DNA of 64,000 nucleotides from Escherichia coli (GTDB lineage Bacteria; Pseudomonadota; Gammaproteobacteria; Enterobacterales; Enterobacteriaceae): NCBI RefSeq assembly GCF_029227855.1, contig NZ_CP074356.1; one strand, 5' to 3'. Shown piece by piece: positions 62,801 to 64,000 of this stretch (position 1 is its first letter; each line of letters starts with the position of its first letter). The notes under the pieces were generated by a model. It saw only the letters and a program-made list of their open reading frames with translations, ran no database searches and was not told where the DNA came from. The position numbers and the translations under genes were made by a program.

Positions 62801-63324
62801 ATATGGAGTTGCTGGAAAACGCCGTCGATGCGCTGAAAGCCGGACGCGAGCCGTCGCTGGAAGATCTCACCAGTCAACAAACAGAAGTCGAGCTGCGGAT
62901 GCCGTCGCTGTTGCCGGATGATTTCATTCCTGACGTGAATACGCGTTTGTCGTTCTATAAACGTATTGCCAGCGCCAAAACGGAAAACGAACTGGAAGAG
63001 ATCAAAGTTGAGCTTATCGATCGCTTCGGCCTGCTGCCGGATCCGGCGCGTACCCTGCTGGATATTGCCCGTCTGCGCCAGCAAGCGCAGAAACTGGGGC
63101 TCAGGAAGCTGGAAGGTAATGAGAAAGGCGGCGTGATCGAATTTGCCGAGAAGAATCACGTTAATCCGGCCTGGTTGATTGGTTTGCTGCAAAAACAGCC
63201 GCAGCATTACCGCCTTGATGGTCCGACGCGCCTGAAGTTTATTCAGGATTTGAGTGAGCGGAAAACGCGTATCGAATGGGTACGCCAGTTTATGCGTGAA
63301 CTGGAAGAGAACGCCATCGCTTAA
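59878..63324 (+). CDS. mfd: transcription-repair coupling factor Mfd
   Basis: 1148 aa from ATG at 59878 (MPEQYRYTLPVKAGEQRLLGELTGAACATLVAEIAERHAG...), superfamily-2 helicase motifs (GDVGFGKTEVA, DEEHRFG). Confidence 0.96.
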   Translation: MPEQYRYTLPVKAGEQRLLGELTGAACATLVAEIAERHAGPVVLIAPDMQNALRLHDEISQFTDQMVMNLADWETLPYDSFSPHQDIISSRLSTLYQLPTMQRGVLIVPVNTLMQRVCPHSFLHGHALVMKKGQRLSRDALRTQLDSAGYRHVDQVMEHGEYATRGALLDLFPMGSELPYRLDFFDDEIDSLRVFDVDSQRTLEEVEEINLLPAHEFPTDKAAIELFRSQWRDTFEVKRDPEHIYQQVSKGTLPAGIEYWQPLFFSEPLPPLFSYFPANTLLVNTGDLENSAERFQADTLARFENRGVDPMRPLLPPQSLWLRVDELFSELKNWPRVQLKTEHLPTKAANANLGFQKLPDLAVQAQQKAPLDALRKFLESFDGPVVFSVESEGRREALGELLARIKIAPQRIMRLDEASDRGRYLMIGAAEHGFVDTVRNLALICESDLLGERVARRRQDSRRAINPDTLIRNLAELHIGQPVVHLEHGVGRYAGMTTLEAGGITGEYLMLTYANDAKLYVPVSSLHLISRYAGGAEENAPLHKLGGDAWSRARQKAAEKVRDVAAELLDIYAQRAAKEGFAFKHDREQYQLFCDSFPFETTPDQAQAINAVLSDMCQPLAMDRLVCGDVGFGKTEVAMRAAFLAVDNHKQVAVLVPTTLLAQQHYDNFRDRFANWPVRIEMISRFRSAKEQTQILAEVAEGKIDILIGTHKLLQSDVKFKDLGLLIVDEEHRFGVRHKERIKAMRANVDILTLTATPIPRTLNMAMSGMRDLSIIATPPARRLAVKTFVREYDSLVVREAILREILRGGQVYYLYNDVENIQKAAERLAELVPEARIAIGHGQMRERELERVMNDFHHQRFNVLVCTTIIETGIDIPTANTIIIERADHFGLAQLHQLRGRVGRSHHQAYAWLLTPHPKAMTTDAQKRLEAIASLEDLGAGFALATHDLEIRGAGELLGEEQSGSMETIGFSLYMELLENAVDALKAGREPSLEDLTSQQTEVELRMPSLLPDDFIPDVNTRLSFYKRIASAKTENELEEIKVELIDRFGLLPDPARTLLDIARLRQQAQKLGLRKLEGNEKGGVIEFAEKNHVNPAWLIGLLQKQPQHYRLDGPTRLKFIQDLSERKTRIEWVRQFMRELEENAIA

Positions 63325-63470
63325 TGGTAAATCGGGGGCGTTTCTGCGCCCCCATCTGCAACATTTACAAATTCTTTGCACTTCCCTGCACTATCCGACA
63401 CTGTCACCATCCATAATTCAGGCTTATCTGTTTATTACAATAACCTTATATTTATTATGGATTTTTGGTG

Positions 63471-64000
63471 ATGATCAAAACGCGTTTTTCTCGCTGGCTA
63501 ACGTTTTTTACGTTCGCCGCTGCCGTGGCGCTGGCGCTACCGGCAAAAGCCAACACCTGGCCGCTGCCGCCAGCGGGCAGTCGTCTGGTTGGCGAAAACA
63601 AATTTCATGTGGTGGAAAATGACGGTGGTTCTCTGGAAGCCATCGCCAAAAAATATAACGTCGGCTTTCTCGCTCTGTTACAGGCTAACCCCGGCGTTGA
63701 TCCTTACGTACCGCGCGCGGGCAGCGTGTTAACGATCCCGTTGCAAACCCTACTTCCAGATGCGCCGCGCGAAGGCATTGTGATCAATATTGCGGAGCTG
63801 CGTCTCTATTACTACCCGCCGGGTAAAAATTCGGTAACCGTGTATCCAATAGGTATTGGTCAGTTGGGTGGTGACACGCTGACACCGACAATGGTGACCA
63901 CCGTTTCAGACAAACGAGCAAACCCAACCTGGACGCCAACGGCAAACATCCGCGCCCGTTATAAAGCACAGGGAATTGAGTTGCCTGCGGTAGTGCCGGC
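63471..64000 (+). CDS. ldtC: L,D-transpeptidase LdtC (YcfS), 3'-truncated by window edge
   Basis: ATG at 63471 opens a frame with no stop before the window end: MIKTRFSRWLTFFTFAAAVALALPAKA (signal peptide) ...LysM-like...; not in the ORF track because it has no stop. Confidence 0.8.
   Translation, partial: MIKTRFSRWLTFFTFAAAVALALPAKANTWPLPPAGSRLVGENKFHVVENDGGSLEAIAKKYNVGFLALLQANPGVDPYVPRAGSVLTIPLQTLLPDAPREGIVINIAELRLYYYPPGKNSVTVYPIGIGQLGGDTLTPTMVTTVSDKRANPTWTPTANIRARYKAQGIELPAVVP

Noticed and set aside
62773-63381. 202-aa minus-strand ORF within mfd, plus similar antisense ORFs in purB (42390..42998), mnmA (40426..40950) and ycgB (8160..8513)
   Set aside because: All lie within and antisense to strongly supported conserved genes; typical spurious long ORFs.

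Overview
This window reads as an Escherichia coli-type chromosomal segment colinear with the K-12 mfd-to-ldcA region (inverted relative to MG1655 numbering): ldcA, cvrA, dadX, dadA, ycgB, fadR, nhaB, dsbB, umuDC, hlyE, ycgNMLK(pliG)J, minCDE, the ymg/ycg biofilm-acid resistance cluster with bluF-bluR, icd, rluE, nudJ, mnmA, hflD, purB, phoPQ, roxA, pepT, potABCD, ymfA, ycfZ, cobB, nagK, lolEDC, ycfT, mfd and the start of ldtC. Gene identities come from recognising the translated ORFs and their order from memory; no database search was run. Against that backbone, three segments look strain-specific. (1) A roughly 1.5 kb insert splits the 5' end of rluE, is bounded by an 11-bp direct repeat, and carries a translationally coupled pair of small unknown genes (149 aa and 111 aa); this is the best candidate for an undescribed system. 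(2) A roughly 2 kb islet between cvrA and dadX encodes a 478-aa IpaH/SspH-type leucine-rich-repeat protein with no ubiquitin-ligase domain. (3) An IS200-like element sits between ycgB and fadR. Two autotransporter genes are full-length here, one with a long Asn-Pro hexanucleotide repeat, and the e14 prophage is absent from the icd 3' end. No rRNA or CRISPR array was seen, and no tRNA is expected from the conserved gene order.
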